A program made the translations under genes and the position numbers. Below are positions 1 through 12,400 of a DNA stretch of 64,000 nucleotides, piece by piece. Numbering within the stretch: the first letter of the stretch is position 1; each line of letters starts with the position of its first letter. The DNA is from Trichoplax adhaerens. Its lineage: Eukaryota; Animalia; Placozoa. The notes under the pieces were generated by a model. The model was not told the origin of the DNA. It was given only the letters and a program-made list of their open reading frames with translations, and did not search any database. Where the stretch lies: the NCBI RefSeq assembly GCF_000150275.1, contig NW_002060959.1, positions 494,371 to 558,370 of the forward strand, read 5' to 3'.

Positions 1-7
1 GTATTAC

Positions 8-3000
8 CTTTTTGTTTTTGATAACTTTCATTAAGCCGTTGTAAATTGCATCAGCATACGTATGTAAGCTAGAAATTAAATGCATCATAGTTTTAAGAAT
101 TTGATATTCTATAATAATATACTTTCAACATGTACGCTATCGACAATGTATTAATTAGATAGTTTATCCAATTACTTCATGTGACGCAGCATTGCAACAG
201 CACTGATGATAAAACCTGTAGGATTAGCAACATCTTTTCCTGCCCCATGGCCAAAGCTATGCCTAGCACCCTTGATACATCAAAGTAGCCAACTTTAGAA
301 ATTATAGCCACAAATATAAATAGTGTCAATTGGAAATATTAACAACTAACTTGCTCGTAAAGAACATATTCACGGCCAATGCTGTATCCAGGGACAAACC
401 CTGCTCCACCAATTAGGCCCGCACCCAGATTGCTTAAGATACTACCGTAAAGATTGGGTACCACCAATACTTTAAATTGATAAGGATTGATAACCATCTA
501 CCAAAGTTATTTCAATATAGTAGTATATTAGGAAAAGTGTAGTAGCAACATTGAACAAATATTGGTCTAACCTGCATACATGCATTGTCTACAATCATTT
601 CGGTAAACTCAATGGCAGGATATAATTCGGCAACCTCTCGACAGCATTGCAAAAATAGACCATCGGATAATTTCCTGTTGAGGAAATATTGGTATACAGT
701 ACAATGTTAACCATGTAAAACCTTATGGTCAAATTAATGTACATCAATACAAACATTATATTGGCTTTATGAACTGCTGTCACTTTTGATAGCTTATTCT
801 TCTGTGCATAATTGAAAGCAAATTGAGCAATCTTTAATGATTGTTTCCTAGTAATAATTTTAAGATTTTCAACAACTCCAGGGACCGTCTGATAAAAAAC
901 ATGATTCAATTGATTAATAGCTAGTAGATGATCCTATTGATGGTTTTAAATGTACAATGGTTATTTACTTCATGCTCGAGGCCGGAAAATGCATCCTCTG
1001 TTTGTTCACGTATAATTGTAAAATCAATGTTACCATAACGTGTTTTAATACCAGGAATACTCTTGACGTTTACCACATTGGCAAAGAGTTCCAATTTATT
1101 AATAAGCCGCATGCCAACTGGTCTCTCTATTCCATGAACGGCAGTTTCTACAAAACCTGTTATTACATTATGCCGATAAAGGGTCAATTGATCAGTATTC
1201 TATTTTTCTTGAACATTGGTCAATAATTGCTATAGCGATATAAGCTGCAATAACAGCAGCACTAGCAGACGTAATCTATTTTGTATCGGCCATTTTGAAC
1301 TGAAAAGGTTACATTTTTTGGTACATCAAAATAATAATAATAATTTATCAAATGGACAGTTAGCAATTTTTAAAATATCGATATTATCAATTCTATTCAC
1401 TGGATATACGGGTATGATAAAGAGTTTGATAACCTTGCAAGCCAATCTTATTCTTTTGTACGGAATCGACAGCCTTATTAAGGGAATCACTTCCTCTTAG
1501 TCTTGATCCTGCTATATCACTATCAATGAGATTCGGATTATGTCGATATAATTGTTGATTATGATGTCGTACGATACAAGTGAGTTAGTACGAAGCCTCC
1601 ATTGACGTTAGTATAGCAATAATGAAGAACAGTAAGGCGCAGAGATCAAGTATGTACTGTATTATACGTTTTACTCATTCAAAAATCATGTTGGTCCTTT
1701 AAATCATTCATTTATAGAATTACAGCTTTTCGTTGGAATTACTTCTGCTTACCTAATTGGAACTTCTTCAAATTCAATCGGTGCATTAACATGACTAAAA
1801 AATGATGATGTCAAAAGTTTCAATTGAATTTACAAGCCATTGGTTTATTTATTTTATTGACAAAAGTACACGAGCGAGCAGCAAAGCAATCGATGGAGCG
1901 AGAGCCTGATATGAGGACAACAAAGTGGGTAAAATTGGTTCAACTATCCAAAAGCGTAATCAATTGAATTGACAAGCCACTAGTTTATTTCATTGAAAAT
2001 GTGTACGAGCAGCGAAGTGAATCATGGAGAGTAATCAATCAATCTATCGACAGAAAACTTCACCAGCCATTGGTTTATTTCACTGCAAAAACTACACGAG
2101 CAGCAAAAGTATCGATGGAGAGAAAGAAAGCCCGACATGAGGATAACTAAGAAAATGTAAAATGTGCTTGATTTGCATGCGCAAGCAGACATGATTCAAT
2201 AATCGATCAAGTAAAAGTAACACAACGATGGCAGTTGGAGTAGAAGATAAATTATTGGTTAATGAACGCATCTATGGAGACAATCATTTTTTTGGCTATT
2301 TTGGCTGATAAAACACTAGCGCTAAGAGAAGGAGAAATAGCCTAGAAGTAAAGTCCTATCACACAACTGGATCGATTCCACAAACTTTCGTCCATCTATC
2401 CATTGAATATGATTGTCATTACGGTAAATTGCAAAATCAAAGGTGAACGCTATTACTTCACTGATCCTATGATCCAACTTACTTACTTTAACAACGTTGC
2501 CACACTATCGATGAGTTCCGGTCCAATTCCATCTCCAGGTATGACTGTGATAATCCGTTTTTCTCCTTTCTGTAAAATAATGATACGATTGATTCTTGAT
2601 ATGGATAGAGTACATAGTTTCATTAATTCATGTTAGTGGTAATTTAATGGGTCGCATCCTGTACAGTATCACCATCCTTTTGTCGTTTACGAAGCAATGG
2701 TACAAGCTTATGATGCAGACTATTCTAGGTATAGACATGGTTGGAACGATTTGACTCCATTCGAATAAGTTGGAGTGGTAAGCTAGGTCATGATGGAATC
2801 TGTAGCAGAAAGATTTAGACTGTTATTTCTACTACGTCAACGACTGCAGACGACTGTTTTACATAGGTGGTCAGACTATAACGTGGGGGCAAGCACAATC
2901 ATGCAATGTTGCCCCTTGATGGCCTGTATAGCCTTATCCCTACAACCAATGCATCAATTTGTGGCTGACAAGGTGTCATCGATTCCTGCTATTACTATCA

Positions 3001-3281
3001 CTAGTCTGATGGGCATGGAATTGCTATCCATTGGATTGGCAAAGGAAGCATTTTCTCTGCCAATTTGCCTACCTGGCATGATGGCTTGCCAACATGGAGT
3101 GATCGTGTAGCCAAGGTTGTCACGCCGGGTAGTGACTAGAGAAAGAAAGAGAATTCACGTTATCGATGATACCGTCTCCTTCTAGCCATCCTCACGCTCT
3201 AGTCATGCATGATGATAAGTATTTCTTTCTTACCTTCTTGATGGTAAGATCACGTAAAGACGAAATTGCAATTCTGATCAT
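8..3281 (-). CDS. IDH3B: NAD-dependent isocitrate dehydrogenase non-catalytic subunit beta, mitochondrial (3' end beyond left window edge)
   Basis: GT-AG exons with consistent phases: 3281-3234 ([16 protein letters not shown]), 3135-3073 ([21 protein letters not shown], targeting-peptide-like), 2569-2487 ([13 protein letters not shown]), 1794-1753, 1519-1434, 1156-969, 888-755 ([11 protein letters not shown]), 674-572 ([19 protein letters not shown]), 497-351 (NPYQF..PNLYG), 270-176 (GARHSF..ANPT..MLRH), 68-8. EVAELYP, NPYQF and GARH-F match beta better than gamma. The two 5' exons are less certain than the core. Confidence 0.88.
1812..2165. repeat. Degenerate ~110-140 bp repeat, about 3 copies, in IDH3B intron
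   Basis: Recurrent agccattggtttattt...tacacgagcagcaaa...atcgatggaga blocks near 1835, 1975 and 2065. Confidence 0.75.
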
Positions 3282-3437
3282 TTCTAGTCGTCGACAACAG
3301 ATGCCTGTCCACTAATATCCACCAGGGGTAGTCGCAGTTTAGCAAGAAGAAATATGGTACACAACAATGCGGCGGACCGAACCGAACCGGTGCCACTTGA
3401 CGTAAACACGGTCACTTGGAATGATAGAGAACAATGC

Positions 3438-3735
3438 GATCTGGTGGTCGCGTGCTCTACCAGCCTCGACACCCTGTCTGACAGTAGCGGAGCTGAGTGT
3501 AGTTTCAGTAGCACCATTGAATGGCCTAGCCTGTACAGTGTACAATGTACAGTACATTAGGCAGTGGTACGGTACTAGAGTTTGTACTGTAGGACAGGAT
3601 TCAATGCTTGATTCCACCGCCTGCAGTGATGGAGAATGATACAATCTAGTGTGCGCGTACTCTACCTACCTCGACTGTCTATCTCACAGCCAAACTGAGT
3701 AGAGTTTCAGTAGCACTATTGAATGGTCTGGCCTG
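3438..3735. repeat. Degenerate ~95-bp direct repeat (2 copies, ~205 bp apart) upstream of IDH3B
   Basis: atct(g/a)gtg..cgcgt(g/a)ctctacc..cctcgac....ctgagt.(t/g)agtttcagtagcac(c/t)attgaatgg at ~3439-3530 and ~3644-3733. Confidence 0.75.
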
Positions 3736-5272
3736 AGGTAGCATACAGTCAACTAGATAGACAGTGCTGTACAAGCAATGGGTATGATACAGCAGTGAGA
3801 ATACAGAAGTCGCACTTCCTTTCCAAAAGTCGTTCTCCTTTTTACACAAGTCTCACTTCCTGTACCGTACAGTACAGAGTGTCCAATTTACAGTACAAGC
3901 GCTGCACGGTACTGTACACTGTACACTGTAAACTGGTCATGATGATGAAGAAATGACACAAGTATTGCACACGGTTCAATAATAGAAATCTTGGACAGGA
4001 TTCCTGTCCTGCACGCAGTTTTGTACCGTACACTGATGTGTCACGATAGAAGGAATCCCTCATGCTTGACTCTACAGTGACACCAGTATTGCACAGCGTC
4101 CAATAACAGGAATCTTGAACCTGTCCCCCCCCCCCGCACAATGGAAAGGCGATTTCATCAATCGACAGTCTACTGTATAGTATACTTGTGTAACAGGATG
4201 GCATGTCTGATACTAGTCTGCCATGGAGAAGTGATTTGGTGACAAGACAGGCCAGCTAGAGCAACAGGACGACCACCGTTTTCAAGCTGCAAATCCGGTT
4301 GCAAACCTGATTGGAAGCTTTCTTGAGGCAGTACCAAGCACCAAGCGTCGATGATTGCTGCACCCGCCAGCTTGATACCTGGGCGAAACGAATAGAATAA
4401 GATCAAATCCGAGCTGGATCAGCGCGTTTCCCTTTAAAGGAACGGATAGCTTGAAGTTGTTTATTGGATCAAAATTGCCGATCAACACTGCATTTTACCT
4501 GTTGAAAAATCGCTTTGACCGACTGATTCCAATTGCAATACCTGCTGAGTGCGGGCAACAATAATAACAAACTGCGATCAGACAGGTAAGCGCCTTATTT
4601 TGCCTACATCTAGCTCATTAAGGTTAGTTCCACGGGTCTATAGCTCTATTCTATTGCTGAATGAGTCCAAAGTCTTTCCTCGAGTATGACTACAAAATTG
4701 ACTAGGAAGACTCCACCCTGTGCCACTTCAAGATGGTCATGAACTTAAAGTAGTAACGTACGACTGTGACCAGCAGAATGGAGTTTCATTCTCCATTTCA
4801 TCTCATTCATTTACTTGCCAACACCCTCGGTAGCTTTTTGATCACTTTCTTCAAAAACTTGCATGCATCAATCTATGCAAGCAAAAGTCCTCCGAAGAAA
4901 TTGAGATCACTTCCATACTGTAGCTTAGGCATGGAATGCTTCAATATCGTCCATGAATCCGTCCATAGTTTTGCAGTCTAATCGTGAGCTATAAATCGAA
5001 GGCAGTATCTTGTATGTAATAATAATGACAATATTATTCGCAGCTACTTGATTACCGGTAGCCCATGGAATGATCCTACAGTACTGTACTCCTGATATGG
5101 AGCCTACGCGGGGATAATTTGGTAGACACACCTTCCAGTACTTTTAATATACTGAAGAAAATGAAGAATTTATAGAGATGGCATACGGGCCCGTTACTAA
5201 CTCTTCATAATGATGTTGCATACTCTCTATTATAGTGCACAGTAAAGAATACAACCGCAAGCAACGCCAAAA

Positions 5273-7448
5273 ATGTCCACCAATACCGATCGTATCGATA
5301 TTGATAAACCAAGATGGGATCAGAACACATTTATGGGCAGATTTAAACGTTTTTTCAATGTTACCAATCCCATGAATGGACTACACTCCGATAAGGAACT
5401 ATTTCAAGCCAAGGAACTCGTGGAGGCATACAGGTTCCTCAACTATTTTCAATGCATCGTTAATCAGAGTTGTGCTTACTTTGTAATAGCCTAGTCGTCC
5501 TCACCGATAGCAATACTGTGCATCTGTCAACACTAGGGAAAACCGTGAACCTCCAGGAACAACCTTACAGCAAATCCGCCAGGCTAAAACCATCTACGAT
5601 TCAGCCTTTCACCCCGATTCTGGAGATTTAATGAATGTTATCGGTAGAATGTCTTTTCAAGTCCCTGGCGGTATGATCATTACTGGCTGTATGCTGCAGT
5701 GGTACAGGTAAGCTTTGCAGCCTAGTATCATTCGACCCACACTCATGTTATATTTCGGACGTAAATCACTTACTGTATATTCGATAGTAGAAGAAACAGT
5801 AGACTAATCATAGTTGAATCATGCTTACAAGATGGTAATATGATTCTGATGTACTATAGCGTGATTATTTGATCGTCATGAATGATCAATTTAGGACGAT
5901 GCCGGCGGTTGTCTTTTGGCAATGGATTAATCAGTCTTTCAATGCCTTAGCCAACTATACTAATCGAAATGCTAAATCGCCTATATCCACCACGTAAGTT
6001 AGACTGCTTTATAGTAATAGGAGATACTGACAGACTGTACGTCTATAAACTGCAGAGTTTTAGATTAATCTTGCACCGTTATTAACATCAAACATATCCA
6101 ACCCTGAACTAGACAATTAGGTGCAGCCTATGTCTCGGCTACGAGCGCCGCAGTTGCTACCGCTTTAGCTTTAAATTCTTTAACCAAGGTAAATAAATAT
6201 CTTATATACGAGTACCAACAAACACTATATCATATTATCTGTAATTACTTCTTCTTCTGTACAACATATATCAATGCCAAATTAGCGAGCCCGCCCAGTA
6301 GTTGCTAGACTAGTCCCGTTTGCTGCTGTTGCTGCAGCGAACTGTGTCAACATTCCTCTTATGAGGCAAAGGTAACGGATACATTTTAAATTTCACTAGC
6401 AGTGCTAGAATAGAATATTCTATCTTATAGCGTTCTATTCTGTGACGTTGTTTAGGGAACTACTAGACGGTATTATAGTAACCGATCAAGACGGAAACAA
6501 CATTGGGGAGTCTAAGGTTACTCGAACTTGAGAATAACAATGTTGTTGATATGGCTAACTTAAAGACTACTGTATCACACAAATGTATATTGATACATCG
6601 ACAAACGAGCTACTACATCAAATTTGTATATTGATATTCAGACTCTATTGACTATTAGGTCGCTGCTAGAAAAGCAATCTCTCAGGTTTGCGTTTCAAGA
6701 ATAACTATGGCTGCTCCTGGGATGAGTGAGTTTCCTGAAGTGAATTAGGCAGTTTATAATTGTCACTCTTAATGAGTAAATGGCCCTTTAATAATTGAAT
6801 TAAACGCTTAAAATTTCATTGCTAGCTTTTTTACCCTTTTTTATGGAACGATTTGATAAGACACCATTCATGAAGGTTCGTTCAATGTATTCGTTTTGTC
6901 CAAGATGTAGGTAATGTAAAATAATTTCATTGAAATTATGTCTTATAGAGATTTCCCTTTCTTGGAGCCCCAATACAAACATTTTTCGTCGGAATGTTGT
7001 AAGTTTTAATTTCTAAGAGATGACCATCAAATTAAAAGTTTTCATAAAATACTATTATGATAGCTTAGCGTTCACTGGCATAGCGACTAATTATTTGATT
7101 CTTTGATCTGCACTAGCTTGTAGTTGTAATTTTGGTAAATCTTGTAAGTAGGGCTTATCATAATGTTTTACCGCTGTGTGTTTCAGCTTAATAGTAATGA
7201 CTCCAGCTGCTTGTGCCATTTTCCCTCAAAAAAGGTATGCTCATATTTCTATGAAATACCGAAAAAACCATAATCTTCAATCAAGATTGATTAATATACA
7301 CAAAGCACTTCTAAAAAAAAGTATCCCATTTCCATTCTCTATTTTTAGTTCTCTTCAAACTGACAAGTTGGAATCACAGTTGCAGGAAATTATTTCTAAA
7401 AAGTACGATAATTCCATTGAAAAGGTTTACTTCAACAAGGGATTATAA
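5273..7448 (+). CDS. SFXN2: Sideroflexin-2-like mitochondrial inner-membrane transporter
   Basis: 11 GT-AG exons in frame: 5273-5433, 5537-5707, 5895-5993, 6113-6188, 6286-6371, 6456-6516, 6659-6725, 6826-6875, 6949-6998, 7187-7234, 7349-7448. Family motifs [65 protein letters not shown] and C-terminal VYFNKGL. MSFQxPGGM is SFXN2-type. Confidence 0.93.
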
Positions 7449-9454
7449 ACAACATGCTGAAGATTGTTATTATTCATAGCGGTCACGATAGGTTGGTTTA
7501 GTACTATTTAACTTAACTTATATTATTTAACTCGCGTTTTACCTTCGAGTCTCGAGAAATTTTAAGTACTAGTGGAATATACTGCAATATCCGTTGGTAA
7601 TGGATATCTGCAGTTAATAACGCTTAATGTCGAAATCAGGCTACAAATCCCAAATGAAGGATTTCTAAATGCCTGTGAAATATTATGATGAAAGTAAAGA
7701 TGACTACTACATTAGTAGCTCGTGTAAATGAAAGCTACATAGGTCTAAATAATTGAATTTTACTATGTCATAAAAATTCTGTTTAATTATATTGAAAAGA
7801 TATCAATTCTTTTTGATGTGTATTTGTCAGTGTTACTCTTTGTAACGTCACATTGTACCTAGAATTATGACTTAAACACTCATCATCTTATAAGCGTAAA
7901 CCGCAGAATTTGTGCCATGTATACGTTTGTTTCATCAACTAGAACTTACGTATATAGCTAGAGTACATCAACTTTACATTAATTCATTCGTAGTAATCAA
8001 ATTATAGTGCTTTCCTAACTTGTAGAGCATGGTTAATTTTTCTGGTGGTTTACGATGAAATTAATTAAAAATTGCGTAGGTCTGTTTTTACAGTATTAAT
8101 AAATTGAATGAAAATAGTAATACAGGTTTCTAATCCAGCGTTTATATGCTTTGACACATGAAAATTATTATTATGTGCTAGCCGAAGTAGTTCCTGTTGT
8201 GTCACTATCCCAAATACTTTAGATTTTTTGCTATGTTGTATAATACCCTGCGCACTTTGGCCATCCATGTCTAAAATGTATTTCCTAAAAAGCAAATAGT
8301 ATATTGTGTTACTTTCCTAAAATACACGTAAGGTAAGTGTCAAGGTTGTTATGCAATGCCTTGCTTGCTGGTACTATCTAGATCTAGAATGTATACCGCA
8401 TGCAAGAGTAAATAGAGAAGCTCGATCCGACAAATACTGCAATCTATTTCAATAAACTCACAACGCCATTTTATCTAATTCATTCATTTTATTTCTTAAA
8501 ACGCAATTATCTATATAAATATGGACTGAATAATTTACTGAAGACCACTACCAATCATTAGTAATGAATAATGACAATAAATTACTCTTTACAGTAAATA
8601 ATATGGAAAGATGCAGGTACAGACTTCTTGTTATCTTTAACAATATTTCAAAACATACTAATTTATTTACTATTAAAACGGCAGAAAGCATACCAATAGC
8701 AATTACTAGTAATGCATTCGATTTTCTCAATATAATGAATATTAAACACAATTAAGTGCTAGTACAACATGCTACAATTCGTTCTAAATTTTCTTAGGGT
8801 ACTGAATCACGGCTCTGAATGCGCCCATTAGCTATTTTTATAATCAATGTTATTACATACAATGAGGCTTCAGCCATCGCTTATAATTAGCCACTAAACG
8901 GAATATCATAGCCGATAATTTATATTCTGACATAAACGTTTGACTATTTTTTCTCATACAAGCAATGGTGTATAACATGAGCTGCCATGATACGCAAAGT
9001 TAGGCGACACAAGCTTCAACTGTTACCATTTGTTAATATATCGACTTAATTTTGATTTAATATGTTAAGCGCTCTCGGTATGGGTACAAATTTTTCACAT
9101 GACTGCAATTAATATATTAATATCTTATGTTACAGCAGGCGATTAAAGTGAACTATTCCTATTACGCTATGAGCAAAATTTTGCTACGTAGGATTGTACT
9201 TTTTGATTTAACTTATAATTACTGTATCAAAGCAGGCAAAAATGTTAGTGTTTGTTGTTATTTAAATGGATAACAAGCTAAATACAATCACACATTCTAC
9301 ATTGATAAAACTACTGTATCATTAAACTATAAGTGATGAAAATAATCTTTAGCGACAGAATCACCAATTGAAACACGATTTCAATCCTATCAGCGAGCTA
9401 GTCCAAAACACTGTACAAATTGATCAACTTTCCAAGTAATTTAAAACCTGTCTG

Positions 9455-12400
9455 TTACCATAATTCAATGCCCTCGCCATTGGAACTTGCAAAACGTTTG
9501 CCAATAAAGAAACTGTATTAAATAGAATTAGAACCATGTTAATACCGATCCCTTTTTAGGTCTACGATTATGAAAGCATGAATGTGTTGATAATTAATAG
9601 ATATAGAATGGTATATTTAGTAATACAGTATAGGCTAATTGCAAGATTACATACCCAATACCAAGAGTTAACAAATGAGTTAGTATTAACGTTGGTAGCA
9701 AAAGTTTCCATCTGTCAAAATTTTAAAATTAATTACTATTTCTTCATTAGCAAGTATACTACGATAATACTTAATTCAGTAAAGAATGATACTTATAGGA
9801 AACATTGTACAAGTCAATAATTTGATACAAAAGTATACAGTACAGTAGATTATACTGTTCTGATAAAATGACTATCACAGTATACGCTATGGTGACTATG
9901 ATCAAATTTTACCGTCTTATCAGTTTACTCTTCCTAAAACTAAAGTTGTATATCTTTTCAGTTCCGCGATGATTAAATTTCCATGGTCTATAAATAAACG
10001 TCAGTAGGAAGAATCATAAATATCAATTTATAAACATTGTAGTCATCCAAAGATACCATGATAGTAATTGACAGCTGATATAATGATCGTATAGCAAGTA
10101 GTGCAGAAAAGTTGTTTTCTATCATTGCTACTTTATAAGAATGCTATATCGAATATCGATTATCTATAAAGACATTAAATTTATGCTCTAAAGCAATGAG
10201 TTTATTGATGAAGAGTAGACATACTGCATCGGTTCTGGCTCAGGTCTGCCCGACCAATCCCAGATCCAATCTGTACTTTCATTGTCGCTTTTCGAAGAAT
10301 GGAGATCTTCATCATCCTTTCATTAGAATAGATAAAATGAATGACCTTTTCATTATAAATATCAGCCATGGACAGTACGTGACCAGTAAAAACATAATAA
10401 AAAAGCTGAGAATCAAAAAGGTGGAGTCGAATATCCACATCAATATCAACAGAGCTTCATCGGAAATTAGATTAGTATTATACTGATCTACTGCTGGTCA
10501 AAGTATTACTACCATTGCTTTCCCATATGAAAATATCACTACACGGCATGATTAAGAAATTTGATAATACCACTGTATTAATCAAAAAGAATCAAAATAA
10601 TGAGAGTATACAAGAATCGGTATAATACTAGTTACAAAAGAAAAAAATTTTCTTGTTGTTGATCAATGTATCCTATTGGTAGCACCAATAGCAAATAAAC
10701 AATATACTTGTATAGTAATGGAACAATATTCAATCCATTAGGCGAACAGCAACATCTACAAGTATCAACTCGATAGTGATCGATCAACGAATAATATGTG
10801 GCTTTTACCATCTGCCCTGAGATGGTATTTTCAATTCATCGAGCTACCTATACTTTTATTAATTATCATCCTTTCTTCAATTTGCCGCGGAATAATAATA
10901 AAAACGCTCAATTCATTTTTATTCAGCCAATGCTATTTATACGCTACTTGATAATATCGATTGTAATTTGTTAAAATATTGACATGGCAAGCAGGTAAGT
11001 ACAAAATCATTTGCATTCAAACAGCATTCCACGTAATGGTAGAAAAAAATATCTAATCGATGTACCTACAGCTGCAGGAAAACAACATTCTCTATTTTTG
11101 ATGGCCGTTTTGCCATCAAGGATTGAAAAGATGACAATGCTAACTTGATATAGATTGATAAGATGAGTACAGGTTAATTCAGTTGGACCAGTTGGGAATA
11201 AAAAGATCAAGTAGGATTGGATAGAATAATACTGTGGGTACATTTTAAATTTAAATTTTATTTAACGTATAATAAGGAAGCAATATTTGGGATGAGTATA
11301 CTGTTCAACTACATTTCAACTACAAACACGGCGCTCACTACTTAGTTCCAAAAACTCGACTACGACTGTTGCTGCTATCAATCCGTCGATTGCGTATTAA
11401 GACAGCATGGTGTTAATGCTTCATCATCGTCAATGTGTTACTTGAAAAATTAAAAAAACATTGACAACGGCCTGTGGTCGAAATTGAATGTAAAATACAA
11501 TTATATATGTGTAAATGATAATATGATCAAGAATGAAATGAATGCACATTTACCGACAATGAAAGCTTATTACTGTATAGTATTATATAGGATTATGCGA
11601 TATGGAAGGAATCGACAGTGAGTGATCAGCACCATTCCCTCGCTTAGATTAGATTCAAGCTAAGAAATTGAGTATCATTATATGTGGGCAATAGAATTGT
11701 AAAGGGCTTAGAAAACGGATACAACACAGATTGTAGTTGATCATACTACAATCGCGGATTTAAAAGACTTTTCCTTTCTTGTTGTTTAACTCAATGCCAT
11801 CATGTGTAGGACATGACTAGACAAATGCAACTGATGCTATCATTTTTTTACTGCTTGTTACTTGGCTCGTGATGTTTACTATGCTCCAATATATGCTAAG
11901 TTTATTGACTATGTGGCGCCTAATGTACGGTAGTTGAGGATACAACTACTTCATTTACTGTCATGGCCGAAATCAATGTAAACATGAATAAATGAATCAT
12001 ACGGACGTGGATCGTATTGATAATTATCAATAGGCTTCATGCAAAAAATTGCAAATTTTTTATCATCAATACATACTAAAATGTACGACTAGCAGCCAAT
12101 GTTGTACGTAAACCTATTGGAAAGGAATGGATCAAAATAGTCAAGCTATGATGAGTTACTTTTAGCCAAGTTTTTTGGGGCAAAATAATCATTGGCAAAA
12201 GTCAAAGGAATACCTCTGATTCTATTTACAATTAACTTCGACTACGTAGCCTACTCTACGTTTCAATATATTGTATTGTCTTGGAAGTGATCACGAATTA
12301 ATACACTTGTAAGGCGTACAGACTTAAAAACAAGTTCAAGTTGTTGTCACATAAAGATCAAATGGTTGTCCCGAGATGAGGGAGAGGAAAATGAAAAGGA

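Noticed and set aside
2790-4488. Cluster of 68-120 aa ORFs in the GC-elevated spacer
   Set aside because: No recognisable domains; expected by chance at higher GC; 2790-3110 is antisense to an IDH3B exon and intron
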